A DNA stretch of 63,719 nucleotides, the filler included, from Perkinsus chesapeaki ATCC PRA-425 (lineage: Eukaryota > Protista > Perkinsozoa): NCBI GenBank assembly GCA_013115145.1. It is 14 parts of 14 records of this genome, joined end to end, with 100 filler letters (N's around TTAATTAATTAA, not from the genome) between each part and the next. Parts side by side here need not be neighbours in the genome. Positions count along the whole stretch, not along the records: positions 15,297 to 27,420 come from JAAPAO010000825.1; positions 27,521 to 32,215 come from JAAPAO010001240.1; positions 32,316 to 38,282 come from JAAPAO010001113.1; 11 more parts are not named here. The stretch is one strand, 5' to 3'. Position 1 is the first letter of the stretch. Every line of letters starts with the position of its first letter. Below are positions 20,150 to 34,287 of this stretch, in pieces. The notes below the pieces were generated by a model. It searched no databases. It was not told the DNA's origin and saw only the letters and a list, made by a program, of their open reading frames with translations. Made by a program: the position numbers and the translations under genes.

Positions 20150-22883
20150 CTTATTCATTAGTATGTTGTCCGTGCATTGATCTGTATTGTGTATAGTTTA
20201 TTTATGGCAAGGAAAGACACGTTGATGTTGGCCGGAAAATAGTAACCGTCCCTTTCAAGGAAGCACTGGAATGGTAGAAATTACTCCTGCGAGATGTTCA
20301 CTCGGCAATATCGCCGTATTTCAATGGACTCAGTATCTCTATCAGAGTGGGGGTGGTAGAGTTAGGACTGAAGTTGTAGTATAATGTAGAGTTAGGACTG
20401 AAGTTGAGAAGATAATGAATAGACTGGATACCGGCAGAGAGGCGGAAGCCTTACCTTTACAAATAAACAACAGAAAAATGTATTCCATTCGACCAAGGGA
20501 AATCCTCGAGGGACTCTTTCACTTGAAGACTACACTTTAATATAACCGCATCGTGAACACGTGGCATGATGTGCGATTGGTGATGTAAATTAAGGAACAT
20601 CATCATCATTAGAGTCATAGTGAAGGGAGAAGGTCCTCTAGAGCCCTCCTTCACTCCTTTAAAGTGAAGGGAGAAGGTCCTCTAGAGCCCTCCTTCACTC
20701 CTTTAAAGTGAAGGGAGAAGGTCCTCTAGGGCCCTCCTTCACTCCTTTAAAGTGAAGGGAGAAGGTCCTCTAGAGCCCTCTCTCGCTCCACCACAGAGGG
20801 AATTCCTCCAGCCCTCGCTCCTCAAGAAAAACTCTTGCCTATTGGCTTGATGCATGCCCAACCCGATTCACTAAATTATAATGTTATAAAATTTCCTTCG
20901 AGAACATTTACGTCCCAAAAAAATTCCAGAAAAAATTCTCAACAAGCAAGAAGTGGAAGTGAATTACAACACAATCACCTTCTAAGGTTCGGAAACGGTT
21001 GATGATGATGATGCTGCTCTCACATATAGACAGACACTCTGTTATCCAGGGTGGGCTGGAGCTTGATAGAACTATCGTGAACTCTTGTCAGGTCGATGTC
21101 GAAATCACCTGGTGATACAAAAGGGAGCTCGAAAACGTCGTAAGTGACTTCAACCATTCAGAAATCACTGAATACCTCGTCTTTCGAAAAGAAATACTTC
21201 ACCTCGGTAAAGGTCAAGAGGACACCCGTGCCAAGAACTACCCGAATTTCGGGTCTCGAAATGGCTCACAATTTCGTGGCGCGTGACAAAAGATAAAAAT
21301 CCATTACTGAATGCGCACAATGAAGATACTATAGGATATTCCCGATGTTCGGAGTGGCCTCGCCGCGTCCCTGAATAAATTCGCCTACTACACCTCACAG
21401 TTCCAAAATCGACAAAATTCAGTAGAATTTCCCTCGCCAGAATGAATAGAAATATGAAGTTATATTAAATGTTCCTCCGTTTACCCTGAGAAGAGATAGC
21501 TTGGCCAAGTTTCATCATCACGGACGAATCTGGGTGCGGCCCATGGTAGACGATATAGGTCTCTACAGGGACCTTCCGAGCGATACATCTGATAAGGGAA
21601 AGTTACTCAGAAATGATAGTGTCGAAACCAGGAAATAATAATGGTCCTTTTCAGCATCACCAAAAAGGCGAGGCTCTCCCCCGTTGGTTTCTCGCACCCC
21701 ATGCGGCCAGAAATCTCCGAGATGCACACCATCCAACCTAGCCGGTATTGATATATACACGTGTGCGTATAAGACAGCTCAGAAATACAGGTCGAGATTT
21801 TTGCCACTATCTCCTCCTATAAATCTGTTCCCCGTGGCGGGTACGCTACATGCGTATCGATGGTACGCATCTCATCTGCCCCCAACCGATTCATAGTAAT
21901 ATTCTTACTGAGTGATAATTTCCGCAATGGGACCATCAATCGCCTCTCCCAACGGTAAAGCTGGATACTCACTCTTCGCACTACCAAGATTATACCTGAA
22001 GAAAATACCTCTGCCGAGGATGGAACCCGAGACCACCCTGGAACTCACACTATACCGTCGACTCCTCTCGTGCTGCTAACCTCTCTCGTAGTGGCAACCA
22101 CAACTTCCTTTGGCTTAAGCTTCTCCCACATTATTCGATTCACGCTGCTGCTAGAGCATCTATTCGGTATAGTCAACACAGCAGCACTCGAAGATGAGGG
22201 CACATAATCAACCCTCAGTGAATCCACGGGGCCTGACAACGATGACAACCAAGCTATCAAGGGACGAATTATGGGTATGAGAGAAATGCAGTCCGAATTT
22301 TTGCTGTAGGAAAATACATCTTAACGCCTGTAAAAGTGTACCATATCTCCGCCTCTGATAACTCTACTTCTCATGAGCCTCCGTGAAGTGAGAATGCGTA
22401 GATGACCACACAAGTCGAATGAGGAAACCCAATGCAAGACAATATCGCTGTCCTCGGCAAACCACGTGGGCGGCGTCATATTGATATTACGACATTAAAA
22501 ATTTGATCATTTATCATGTCCCAACAAGCAGAGAATTGAACTGAGAACGTTAGTTCAAATGTAAGAAGGCTTCTTCTTCCTGCTGCTGCCTTACCTCCCA
22601 CTTCGAGGCCACTAACTCCGCAACGTACCGCTGCTGCTGAGCCGCTACACACCAGTAACCTCTCAACTGGCTTCAATGCATCACCACCGAACATATGCAA
22701 TGATACCGACTTCTCAACCTGATAAGATACGCTCCAGAGCTCAGCCGTAAAGATACAAATCACCTCAAGTTCCTCACCATCGCTGCTTTCACTATCGCTC
22801 ACTATCGGCTCCAAAGTTTCCAGGAAATCGTTTATCATGATTTCAAAGAAAACTAGCAAAGGCTCTCTTGGGTTGGTAACCAA
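20150..22883 (-). CDS. Hypothetical multi-exon protein; boundaries uncertain
   Basis: Series of minus-strand exon-like ORF pieces (22476-22883, 22045-22260, 21563-21760, 21165-21398) separated by short GT-AG-like spacers. No motif recognised. Confidence 0.35.
20619..20780. repeat. Minisatellite, 44-bp unit x3.6, each unit self-complementary
   Basis: Unit AGTGAAGGGAGAAGGTCCTCTAGAGCCCTCCTTCACTCCTTTAA; AGTGAAGG(G)AG pairs with CTCCTTCACT. Confidence 0.95.
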
Positions 22884-23101
22884 CGTCGGAATATATCGCT
22901 TTTATAAAATTCCGTTCCGAAAATTTCCACACCAAACTTTTTCCGAATATTTATCGGAGTCTCCCTGTCTACCACAAGGTGCTACTATTCGGCTCTAAAT
23001 ACGACTGGATCATCCGACATATGTCTGAAATCTGATCTTCATTTTTATTAAGAATTGAACAAGTCCGAGAACCCCCCGGACCCTACACTAGAGACCCTAA
23101 T

Positions 23102-23186
23102 CAAAATTTCTGGGAAATTTCAACAAAATTTCTGGAAATTTCAACAAAATTTCTGGGAAATTTCAACAAAATTTCTGGGAAAATTC
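23102..23186. repeat. Minisatellite, ~22-bp unit CAAAATTTCTGGGAAATTTCAA x4
   Basis: Direct reading. Confidence 0.9.
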
Positions 23187-23387
23187 CAGCTTCTTCGCAG
23201 GCGTTCCTCCAAAAACTCCAAATGAAGAGTGAATTTATCATTCAGCAAATGCAAGGCGAAAAACTGCATCTTCAAACCAACACTAAATCAGCCAATCCCG
23301 CAACAGCCTTTCATGAATTCAACAAACCCTTCCACAGTAGAAACAAATATAAACTGCATCAGTTCGCAATATGACAGGAACGTGAAC

Positions 23388-26300
23388 TTATTTATTTCGT
23401 CGCTTTCCTTTTTTATTTTTCCCACCAACTTCCTTTACTGTGGCATGTCCCATCTCCTTGATATGAGCAAACAGTTTAGTTCGGCTGGTGAAACTGACAG
23501 CAGGACACTGCTAAATTTAATTATTATATAATGCTTTGATTTCTTATTCACAGCATCAGTGGGAAATCGAATCTAATTATTAGCACTATATCTATTATGC
23601 AAATGAATACTTATCAATAATAATCAATAATAATCAATAATAATCAATAATAAACAATAATAATCAATAATAATCGATAATAATCGATTATTATTCATTA
23701 TTATTGATTAATAGTACGACTAATGGTTACTTCGGCAACGGTAAGCATACAGTGCATCAAAACCTTACACAATACCATAAATAATCAGTACCATAAACTA
23801 TATTATTTTATCAAAATTTCTAATACTATCTATCAGCGCAGAAATATGAAAACCGCCTAATTCAACCCGCGAGCGATCATTGCTCTTTTGTAAGGCGCTA
23901 TATCACCCTGAATTCACAATCTCAGACCACACCCCATTATCCTCCCTACAATAACAACTTCTTACCATTCTCCACACACATCACAGCGTTGGTCCCCTGT
24001 CCCTTGACTCTGAGAAACTGCCTTCGCTGCCTTATCTTTCCGTCTGCGCCTGTGACTCTTAGGCCCACTAGCTTCTTCTGCTGTTTCCTCTTCCGCTGGT
24101 TCGGGTGGTACCGCAGACTTCTGAAACAGGTAAGAATAATTTGTCATGTTAGTGAATCAAATACACCTAAAAATGCCAACGGGACAGCGATTAAATAAAC
24201 TACCAAAATTCATACCTCCATTACAACTCTACAGTAGTGCGCCAGATCCAATTGCTGATTCCTAGTAAGTATAATTATTATCTAGGTAACTCCATGAACC
24301 CATAATAACATCTTACAAAGTGTCTACATCCTACACTGTCAAACGTAACGGTTTTGTAGTAGCTGTTGAAAAGATGACATCCCTCCTATCAGTGATGGGC
24401 TATGTCTCAGTATATGTGATAGGCTATCACACTAAGTATCGTATCGACAATACTTTATGAAATATATAATTAACATTATCAATCAACAATTAGCCATCGG
24501 CCTACCTCTTCCTCCAGGCCCTCATTCTCCAAATCCTCCTCACTCCTCACAAAAACACCAAAGGCAATCTCGTCATCAGAGGACTCCGAATCCGATGAAG
24601 CCTCCCCATGCTCGATCTTCTCCCACGAGGACGAATCATTCTCGCTTCTCTTCGCATCAACAAACCCTTCGATCAACTCGCTATTATCTTCCACTTCTAT
24701 CGACACCTCGCTGGCAACCTCCAAAATATCAGAACATGCATCGCTTCGCTCCGCCTTCTCTTCTTCCTCTTCATCAACAGATTTCTCCAACACAGGCGAA
24801 CTCTCTTCGCTTGAGCCGGCCAGACTTTCCAAAAAGGCGTCGTCTTCCATCAGTGTCCTCCTCAGCTTTTCGACCGCCTCCTAAATAGATACTCCTAGAT
24901 GACTTGACAATATTTTATATGAACTAAATGAGTCATATTAATAAAAATGGTAACAATTTTCAACATCGGCCAAAAACGTTGCTCGTTGGCATCGAACGGT
25001 CCATCTGAGCTTGCGAGTGGTAGCTCTATCAGATCTTCTGTGGACATTTTTTTCACCGGACTGTATCACAGTCTCAATTGATATGTTCCTTTTCCAAACG
25101 TAAATGACGTTCTCATGCGTCATCCTTTTATTTCTATTTCTTATAAACACTATACTCGCCTCACTCGTGAAAGCGCATTAGTATAACCAGTACAGAAGAG
25201 AAGATATTCCTAACCCCCGCGAACATCAGTCAATGCAGCAGGCCATCCCCTCACTTTATGTTTTTTAGATTTTTCATGGTTCGCATATGCCTTGTGGCTC
25301 TTAAACACCTTCTTGCACGCTGCACACTCGTAAACATCTTGAACCTAATTAATATTATTAAAATAACACCCGTGGGATTCGAACTCACGACCTCCTCTTC
25401 CTCCTCTTGCTCTTCGTCCTTCCCCGATCCGCCATATTTCCTCGCCATCGCCGCGACTTCTGCTTCATTCTCTGCCCATCGCTTCTCTTGTACCTCCCTA
25501 AACATTCAACCTCCTTATACTTCATTGTCATCCCTCATCTTCATCAAGTCAGAACACAACTACGGAATTGCTACTGTAATAGATGCAGTAAGCTGCTTCC
25601 ACAGCAGTAGATTCCTACATCCATGCCCAGGCCAGAAGCATATACGATACTAAAAGGTTCAATTGTCAACTGAATACTTCATTTCTAACAGGATGATTTA
25701 GGTGCTTTAAACAAGCTAATTCATCCACCTAGTTCCCAATCCTTATCGGTTCATTCGCTTATGTCTCCCGACTATTTCCCACTCACTAGTATTGGGGGGC
25801 CACTGCCCACAGCCACCCCAGAATCGAATCGAACAGTACGGCCTTCCACCAATCTTAGATGTGCCAAACTTATAAGATAATCATTTCACAGCATATCATC
25901 TCCTCCTGCACTCTTTATCATTTCTATTTCACCATTTAAAAACCCATCGCCACACCCCTATCACCTCGCTCTTGCCCTCCTCTCCTTCTTCAACTCCTCT
26001 TTCCTTTTCCTGTCTTCCAATCGCTGCTGGGCCCTGATAATAATAATAACCCACAACAAATAGACCATAATAATATTATCAAACATATCCCGCCGTTCTG
26101 AGCCATGCTACCACACAGAGCCTGGGAGCTTCACAAAGAACATAGTAATACTATATCAATGCATCTCAAAGTGGTGAGGAGATACCCAAGCATTGCGACA
26201 GGGAATATTGTGTCGAGGAGCAGCAGTCAGCCCTTAGTACACTTTTTCCGCCTCTTCCTCATCGATCTTTCTCTGCTTCGCTACTCTAGGGTCCCTATTA

Positions 26301-27270
26301 CGGACGTATTCCACCAAGTGACGTACCTACCATCCGACAAATTCGACACAAACTTTGTCCCCTTCGAAAAATATTTACTCTCAAATGATGTATTTAATCA
26401 TTCTATATGCGTCACCTATTATGCGATGATACACCATTAAAGAGTGAGGCACAAAGAGCAAGCGACAATTGATAAATGCACGCTTGAACTGTTGCCGTAC
26501 TCTTCCCTATCACTTTATCATTATAATCCTTCTTTTTACTCTTCCTTTCCCTACTATTTTCCTGCTCCATAGCCCTCCTCATCCTCCTACCCTCCGCTTG
26601 ACGGACATCCCATTTATCATACCATCCAAATGACAAACCAGACGAGAACGCGGACCAGAAACTGCCGATCAAAAAATGATAAATGACCATTAGAAAATTG
26701 ACTGATGAAAAGCAGTAATGCGGTAAGCTTAAATAATTACGGCAATCAATGAGAGTTTGTGTAATAACCTATAATTCTCTAAAAGCCTCCTTTGCTATAT
26801 ATTATATAGTATATAATACATCCTTAGTATTACCCCCATCATTTAAAATACTCCCCCCTTTGCTATATAATACATCCTTAGTATTACCCCCATCATTTAA
26901 AATACTCCCCCCTTTGCTATATAATACATCCTTAGTATNNNNNNNNNNNNNNNNNNNNNNNNNNNNNNNNNNNNNNNNNNNNNNNNNNNNNNNNNNNNNN
27001 NNNNNNNNNNNNNNNNNNNNNNNNNNNNNNNNNNGTATTACCCCCATCATTTAAAATACTCCCCCCTTTGCTATATAATACAGCATTAGTATTACCCCCA
27101 TCATTTAAAATACTCCCCCCTTTATATTACCTATAAAACTGCTTAACAGTGGGGTCCCAAGGTGAATCAGAGTAACCAAATGTTGGGAAATCCTCCAAAT
27201 CAAAGCGAGTGTCAAAACCTTCACATTCCCGATGTGCTATATCAGAGAATACTGACCGATACCTGAGAAA
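23388..27270 (-). CDS. DNAJC21: DnaJ subfamily C member 21 / Jjj1 (60S maturation co-chaperone); N-terminal J domain lost at gap
   Basis: Exons FPTFGYSDSPWDPTVKQFY, GWYDKWDVRQAEGRRMRRAMEQEN, VRNRDPRV, zinc finger YECAACKKVFKSHKAYANHEKSKKHK, and a second finger CDVCGEW|FTSRTKLFAHIKEMGH ending ...KRRNK* at 23388. Confidence 0.88.
23613..23690. repeat. 10-bp tandem repeat ATCAATAATA in last DNAJC21 intron
   Basis: Direct reading. Confidence 0.9.
26810..27125. repeat. Intronic minisatellite, 54-bp unit, spanning the plain N gap
   Basis: GTATTACCCCCATCATTTAAAATACTCCCCCCTTTGCTATATAATACATCCTTA starts at 26827, 26881, 26935, 27035 and 27089. Confidence 0.95.
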
Positions 27271-27297
27271 CCAAGACCTTTACCAACAACTATTTAA

Positions 27298-27420
27298 TTG
27301 TTAAATACAATACTTTCGCCTATAAACTATCCCTATCTTATTGTTAAATACAATACTTTCGCCTATTAACTATCCCTATCTTATTGTTAAATATAATACT
27401 TTCGCCTATTAACTATCCCT
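27298..27420. repeat. Minisatellite, ~43-bp unit x3 at contig end
   Basis: TTGTTAAATACAATACTTTCGCCTATTAACTATCCCTATCTTA repeated with minor variants. Confidence 0.9.
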
Positions 27421-28469
27421 NNNNNNNNNNNNNNNNNNNNNNNNNNNNNNNNNNNNNNNNNNNNTTAATTAATTAANNNNNNNNNNNNNNNNNNNNNNNN
27501 NNNNNNNNNNNNNNNNNNNNTCGGGCCGTTTCTCCTAGAGGGGCGGAGCGATGTAAAATATACAGTGACATTATCTTCATATGCCCTACAGTCATTGTCG
27601 CCCTTTTTTCACGCGCGCCAATACTTGACCGTCTTCCCCCTTGCTCGTCTCTATACTAACCAACGACAGTGCCCGGATCCTATTCGGGGTTGAGCATGTC
27701 AAGAGAAACTTACATTTGTCTGCGGTTGAGTCCGGTTGTCGGTCTCCCCAGGTTTCACCTATGACTCAGGGTACTCGACCGTGTGCAGCATGAGTCGGCG
27801 GGCTTAGAGGTGTCAGACTGGAGTGGGAACGGAGTTCGCTGGTATAGAGACGAGCTAACGGGATTGCCCGGATCCTATTCGGGGTTGAGCATGTCAAGAG
27901 AAACTTCATGACACGGCGGTAGAGGAACACGGCTGAATTCCAGCGTGAGATGTCGAGGTTGAGCAGTCTTGCTGACTGCTTGTCAATACAATAACATTTC
28001 TGCCCGATATAACTTATCCCACGTATCACCATTAGATCTTCGGTGCGAAGGGGCGGAGCTCGATTGTGTTGTATATTGATAGTCTAAAGAACACTGTTTC
28101 ATACGCAGAACCGCCTTGAAAATGTTATATATAGTCGAGGGTTTCGGGCTTCGAGTTCGCTATATCTTTAGTGAGGTCGCATATACATGTGAAGGAAAAC
28201 GATATATTACTCGTGGTGGAAGACACTGTGGTTGAGCCGAAATTTCTGCTCACGGATGGACGGACACGAACGACCGCGCACTGCAGTATAAGCTCCGCTC
28301 GCTTCGCAAATTAGCCACTCAGTTGATGAGCTGCCGCTTGGCCTATCAGCTCATCAACTCTCATTGCTTTTACTACTAGTGTGCACAAGCGGATCTTCCG
28401 AGAAACGAATATGATAGTAAATGTTGTCATTCTCTACGGCAAGTAGGCAATGTTTGTTACACAGTCAAT

Positions 28470-28803
28470 TAAGCAGTCTTCAGAACACTCTTGGTAGTGG
28501 CTCGGCGATAAAACCACTGAAGTGTTAATAGGGCCACGGAGATGCACGCCGCTATTGCAAAAGTACAATCGAACCGAAGCTGCAACGCGGCGAAGTCCAC
28601 CTGAAAAGAAGGGGACCAAGTAACAACGGTACTAAGCAGAAATGGGCCAGAACGATACGTGTACCGACGTCGAATAAACTTACTCTATCGCCGAAGAAGC
28701 GCTCAAGCTCTATCCTGGCTCTGCTATTCAATGGTAAGGCTCCCCGCATCATCAACGTGCACGCACAAAAATATAAAAGCATCACCTGAAAGAATTTAGC
28801 CAT
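28470..28803 (-). CDS. Small hypothetical membrane protein (signal-like N-terminus plus one TM)
   Basis: MAKFFQVMLLYFCACTLMMRGALP..., then a short intron, then DFAALQLRFDCTFAIAACISVALLTLQWFYRRATTK. Confidence 0.35.
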
Positions 28804-29149
28804 GTTAAGAATTAATTTTGTCGATATGCAGCGGTAGGAAAGGTTGCCGGTCGTATGATAAGAAATATATAATAATAATGGCTTGCAATGACTTCTTCGC
28901 AAAAGCCTCAGCGCGTGCTCTCTGCGGGACTCATTTTCTGATGAAGGAGTTCTCCACTAATCACCTCAGCCATGACGATCGCTATTGCCGCGTTGCTCTT
29001 CCTCGCAGAGTTCATATCAGCATGTCTGAAAGGACTCATCGTTAAGGACCAAGACTAATCCCTACGGTTGGAGCACTCTGAATAGAGAGAGCAATTGAGA
29101 GATGCAGTTCCTCGTATTGGTGAGCGCCAAGTATCCCAGAAAGATCACT

Positions 29150-31450
29150 GTTAGAAGGTGCAACCAATACTGGATGTCAATTTGTAACTGAAATAAAAAC
29201 AAGACTCGTGTCTCCCAAGTGGCGCTGCGGCCACACCAGAGCTACGGAGCGGTCCCGGAGGAAACCAGCATTTGATGAACGTTTCGGTCAAACAATCAGG
29301 GGTGGTCAGATCTCTCACTGCCGTCGAATGAATCCTCACCGGTGTGTAAGTAATTGCCACTCTCAAGAGCCGTTCGATCAGACTTCTCTCAGCTACTTTG
29401 CCGTTTATGAAGTTGAGTGTTGACGTCACAATTTTGTACCCACAAACAGCAGACATTATCCAACCTGAAGAAGACGGATACAAATGAGAGCCGCTACGGG
29501 ATCTGCCAATGCTTGTATGCCATGCCAAATCCACTCGTGGATTTTCAGATTCTCCACTTAGACTTACCCCAGATGTTTTTGAATCTTCCCATGCACGTAG
29601 TTGAGTAAACGACTCGTTCACGCTCCTCTGTCAGTTGCTCAAGATCGCCAAACATTTCGGTACCTAGGAGCGATAATAATAAAGACTGAGTTTCTGGGTA
29701 AGCTGCTGGATAGCTGACATACATTAGGCTGCGCTTTTTCAGATCTTCGTGATCGAATCGGCTATTTGAATGTAGGTCGGATAATTTAACGATTTCCCGA
29801 ATATGAGTCGGAAGCACGCCCGAGAAATGCTGTAGTGGTAACTAAATTCCCTAATAAATTCGTAATAAATTTTATTAATTTTATTAGGAATTAATAATTC
29901 CTAATAAACTAATAAATTCGAGTATCACATGTGCTGTGAAAACTACTAGTGTAAAACACTTACCACATAACGCCTCGCAAAACGTGTGTCTTTTAACGTA
30001 CAAACGCGAAAAACGCCCATGTGTTTTACACAAAGCGAAAAGACTTACTCGGACTACTAAGGTTACAAGTGATACTTAATACAGTGAACTTGCAGATGAT
30101 AACCGTTATTCAACAACCAACTATCTAGCTCGACGGAAGAACTAACATTAGGAGTTCTAACTATGAGGTAATGAGCGCTACCTGGCCCACTGGGCGCAGT
30201 GTCTCCAACTTGTAAAAACTCCAACTCGCTAAGAGGGATACGGCCCTCTCACGCCATAGTAGAAACGGCCACCGTCCATGTTTGGGGCCACTATGGCGGG
30301 CATAGCGAGTAGCAAGCAAGTTCACCGTCGAACTGGTAACTCAACCACTCACCGGAGTAATTCACGTAAAACTTGCATGACTTTAATTCAATTTTTGCAG
30401 AGATTGAGCTATGAGATCGACTTACTCATCGACTCCAATGCTGCTATCTCGTTCATCAACTCTTTCTCCGATGCCCCTTCAGATGAGTTACCAAATATCC
30501 AACCGAGAATGGTTGAGAAATGTCCTGCGACATTAATATTGCATTCCACATATTCCGACCGTTCACCTTTTCCTTGGCCGCCGGCATGGTTCTCGGTCGT
30601 ACGTTTTGCTCGTTGTACCAAAACTGCTCTCTTACGCTCACCAATCAGTTGCAATGTATGCACTAATCTTTGCTGTTGTTCCCATAAATCTCGAGCAGTT
30701 ACCTATCAGAAGGCGAATATGATTCCCGTAAAGTTATAAGATGCGTTGGACTTCTCAACTACCATAAAATCAAAACTCCCACAGACCCACTCGACAACTT
30801 CCTGCGGGGGGAACTACCATCTAAATGTTTCATCATTGTCCCAAGAACTAGATAATTTCTGACAGAACTGTCGAATAAATCTTCACAGCGGGTGATACTG
30901 TGCGTAATGAACCTTATACTCTACATAATAGAGAAAGGCTCAGCAGGGCGGACGAAAGAAATTATCAGCTACCGATTAGGCTCGATTTTCCTTCTATTGT
31001 TCGTGGTTCTCAGGACCTATTAGCACCCGAAATTGACGATCCCGAGTCGTTTGGTTCATACTATGAACTTCATAGCCTTTCCTGCGCGACACTAACATTT
31101 CCCGCATTCGATACACCTATGGAACCATTAGCGGTGCCACTTCAACTGGTTCCTAAGATCTCCCGCACAATCACACCTCGCCTTACCGGGCTCATCAAGC
31201 GTGATATGTTTGAATACGGGAACTTTACGGCTCCGTAACCCGATATGACAGCCACGATCACCACCCCTGCCGAGCCCGTTGTCGATAATAGAAATCCATT
31301 ACCTGAAGTGAAGATGAGAGCTGCCGAATGACACGGTAATTTGGAAAATTTCAAAACGTGCTCCTGTTAGGATTCGACCTGATTACCGCCTACTACTACT
31401 CAAATACTGCTGCTGGAGTACTGCGACATTCCGAACCATGCGAAAGTGCT
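29150..31450 (-). pseudogene. Possible decayed retroelement (RT/RNase H-like remnant)
   Basis: Long intron-less stretch with broken ORFs. VAERSLIERLLRVAITYTPVRIHST loosely resembles the RNase H E..D region. No intact YxDD found. Confidence 0.25.
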
Positions 31451-33081
31451 CTCTGGGAAAACATCGTCAACAAGCAATTGCAGGAGTGATTTCAGTCAGC
31501 CACAAATCACATAAATACGTTCGATCCTCAATTTTTAACGCATGGACTCACCTACGAACCGGTTAGGTAGGTTCCTGATCTCGTTCCAAGGCACACCCAG
31601 TTCTAATTTGTATACCACAATCATTTCAATGTCGCCTTCCATGCGGAGACTACTTACTTTGTCGAATCGTCCAAATGACCATGTAGGCTGCCAGAAGTGC
31701 ACAACATGTCACTTGTAGCCAGCGATGCGATCGACCGGCGAGGCCATCTGAGTTTATGTCTCAGAAAGATATTGATGGATCTATTACTTGGTGAACGGGG
31801 AAGTATTATCAGTATGAATGAGATGGGTAGGAGGATATACACCATTATAAGAATGCCGTATAAACATGTACCTACCGCGAATTGAACCAGGGTGAAAAGC
31901 ATGAAGAACAACAACACTAACCACTATGCCAGATGTCCTACTCCAGGCTTCCTTCCTTGTATGACCATCTACTATCGGGACCAATTGCAGCCCCAAAAGT
32001 AGAATTAACAATCCGCTTAGTGATAGCGATATAGAAAACAATCCTGCTGCCAGACGTATTGTTGAGGAAGAGCTCAGTCTCACCTCCCGGAATAAAACAC
32101 GACGAGAGAACCACCTGCAAACTTGAACAGTGGTATGAAGAATTTGTAGATGCATGACGTTTGTATATCTGTGATACTTCGCTTCGCTCATGCGAGCGCG
32201 GTTTCATTTCCGTTTNNNNNNNNNNNNNNNNNNNNNNNNNNNNNNNNNNNNNNNNNNNNTTAATTAATTAANNNNNNNNNNNNNNNNNNNNNNNNNNNNN
32301 NNNNNNNNNNNNNNNTATGCGAGCCTCCTTTGCTTCCATCGCCAACGTAGTGAGTGCAACGCACTGCGTTGTACAGCAAAGCTGAGGGATCAAGCCGTGG
32401 TCTAGGATATCAGAGGTGGATATGAAATATATTCCGAGCTCGAACTTCGAACTTCGAAGCAGAATTTTCAATTAAAGAAAATTCTTCACAAGAACTCAGG
32501 TATGTAAGCAAACAGTTGGTTTACTTGCAACGAAGTTTGAAGCTCCGCAGAGGGAGCGGTATGAGACGTTACACGCGCGCGCCTCATACGAAAGCGTCCG
32601 GCTCCGCAGCTAAGCTGCAGCAGCTTTGAGGTTCATACTACTATAGTGACCATTGGACGTTGACAGCCAAGGAGAGGTGTTTCCATCGAGCCACCGGAAG
32701 GGTTAGCTCATTAACGGCAAGTCGTGATAATCGACCTCTGGAATTCACATCCAATCGTACTCATGGAACGCAAATCACGCAGCAATGCCACACACTGTGT
32801 GGCACACAACCGAACGCTGAAAATAGTGACTGAGCATTAACCATGAGTGCGGCACTAGCCCCGAGGTAGTAAAGTGTCCAACTGCTATCTGCCGTACCGT
32901 CCACACTCTGAACTTTCAATACCGATACTAATACCGGCTAGTTATAAGAACAATATATTTGCGAGGTGTGTGCGCACACCGAAGGACTAGTGTTCAGGAC
33001 GCGCCCGCCCTGGCCGGTGAAACGGCGTACCCGAGCCTGTGGCCCCGCTCATGCTGTCGCACCACAATTGGTTTTTTTTAC

Positions 33082-34287
33082 TATGCCAGCCCCCGGTTTC
33101 AACGCCGCTGGATCCAGCGACAGCTCTCAGGCCGAGAGCACTCCGGATACCTTCATCATCACCCACACCTCATCCGCCACCGAGGTGAACCAAGCCCTAA
33201 AAACCTGCCTTTCCTCGGGGACGTATCCGTGGATACCGAGTTCAAGGACGTCGATGGCAGCATGCTGCTACAGTTCACGGACATCGCAGACATCAAGGAA
33301 CTGATGCCAAAGATCGAAGCCAGAACCGCGGTCCTACTGGTCGCCAAGATCAAAGCCTGGCGCTACAAGCCGACCCAACCCACTCCGACAAACCCTAGAC
33401 CTACCCCAACCAGAAGCAGGAGCAGAAGCAGGTCGCCTAGGAGAACTCTACCGCCAACTAGAGACGACCGCGATGCCCTCCAGACCTTTTTTGATGACCT
33501 ACTCGAGGGAAAGGGCAAGATCGATGACCAAACACTCGAGCGCAAAATCCTGGACAAGCTCAAGGAGAACAAGGATACCTTCGGCACCCCCGGCGGCGAA
33601 CTCCTACCACCGAAGCAGGTTTTGGATGAGCTCTTCAAAGCTAAAGACGCAGGCAAGAATGGAAGGAACGGTCCCACCTTTCCCTACATCACCCTGGAAA
33701 AATTTTCCCCTCCGTCACTGGGGCCCCCTCAAACCCAATGATGGGACCCCGTGCGCAGTGATCCAACGTTGCCTCTGTATGACGACCGCCTACACGATTG
33801 CGGGAATATGGTCCCCCGCCGACGGCCTCAACTACCTAAACAATGCGCTCCTGAAGGTAGCCATGCAAGCTGGATGACCAAATTGGCCAGGCCAATGGTT
33901 ACCAAGTACGATGCGGTGGTGCGAGCTACATGGGAGTCTCGTTCCCTAGCAGACCCCGATTTCAACCTCACCAAACAAGTGGCACGCCTTGACGTGGAAA
34001 CCCTTCTGACTATGAGGAACGAGGCGGAGAACCCCTCAAAAGGAAATCAAAACTGTTTCGCGTTCGAGCGAGGGGGACCATCGGCATGCAGAAATCAGAA
34101 CTGCCCCTATAAGCACAGATGCGCTATATGTCGTTCGGGATCTCATGGCACCCGACAACACGAGAATGGCTACACAAACTCAACCAACACCAGGCCCAAC
34201 AACGCGGAGTCCCGCAACACGAACAACACCACCAATGTCAACAAGGGCCAAGCTACTAACAACGGCCTGTCCGGCGCCAAGCACTGA
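33082..34287 (+). CDS. YR-retrotransposon gag (3 frameshifts) with C-terminal zinc finger
   Basis: Start MPAPGFNAAG; KYDAVVRATWESRSLADPDF; CFAFERGGPSACRNQNCPYKHRCAICRSGSH (CCCH plus CxxC..H arrangement typical of DIRS-group gags). Frame switches near 33226, 33722 and 33878. Confidence 0.7.

Noticed and set aside
20619-20780. CRISPR-like array
   Set aside because: Palindromic units are directly adjacent with no unique spacers, there are no cas genes, and the context is eukaryotic.
25366-25398. tRNA T-arm/B-box look-alike (GTGAGTTCGAATCCCAC, minus strand)
   Set aside because: It is the 5' splice site region of a DNAJC21 intron, with no other tRNA arms.
29881-29907. Perfect 13-bp inverted repeat TTATTAGGAATTA/TAATTCCTAATAA
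   Set aside because: It lies in a low-complexity AT patch and has no partner elsewhere to define an element end.
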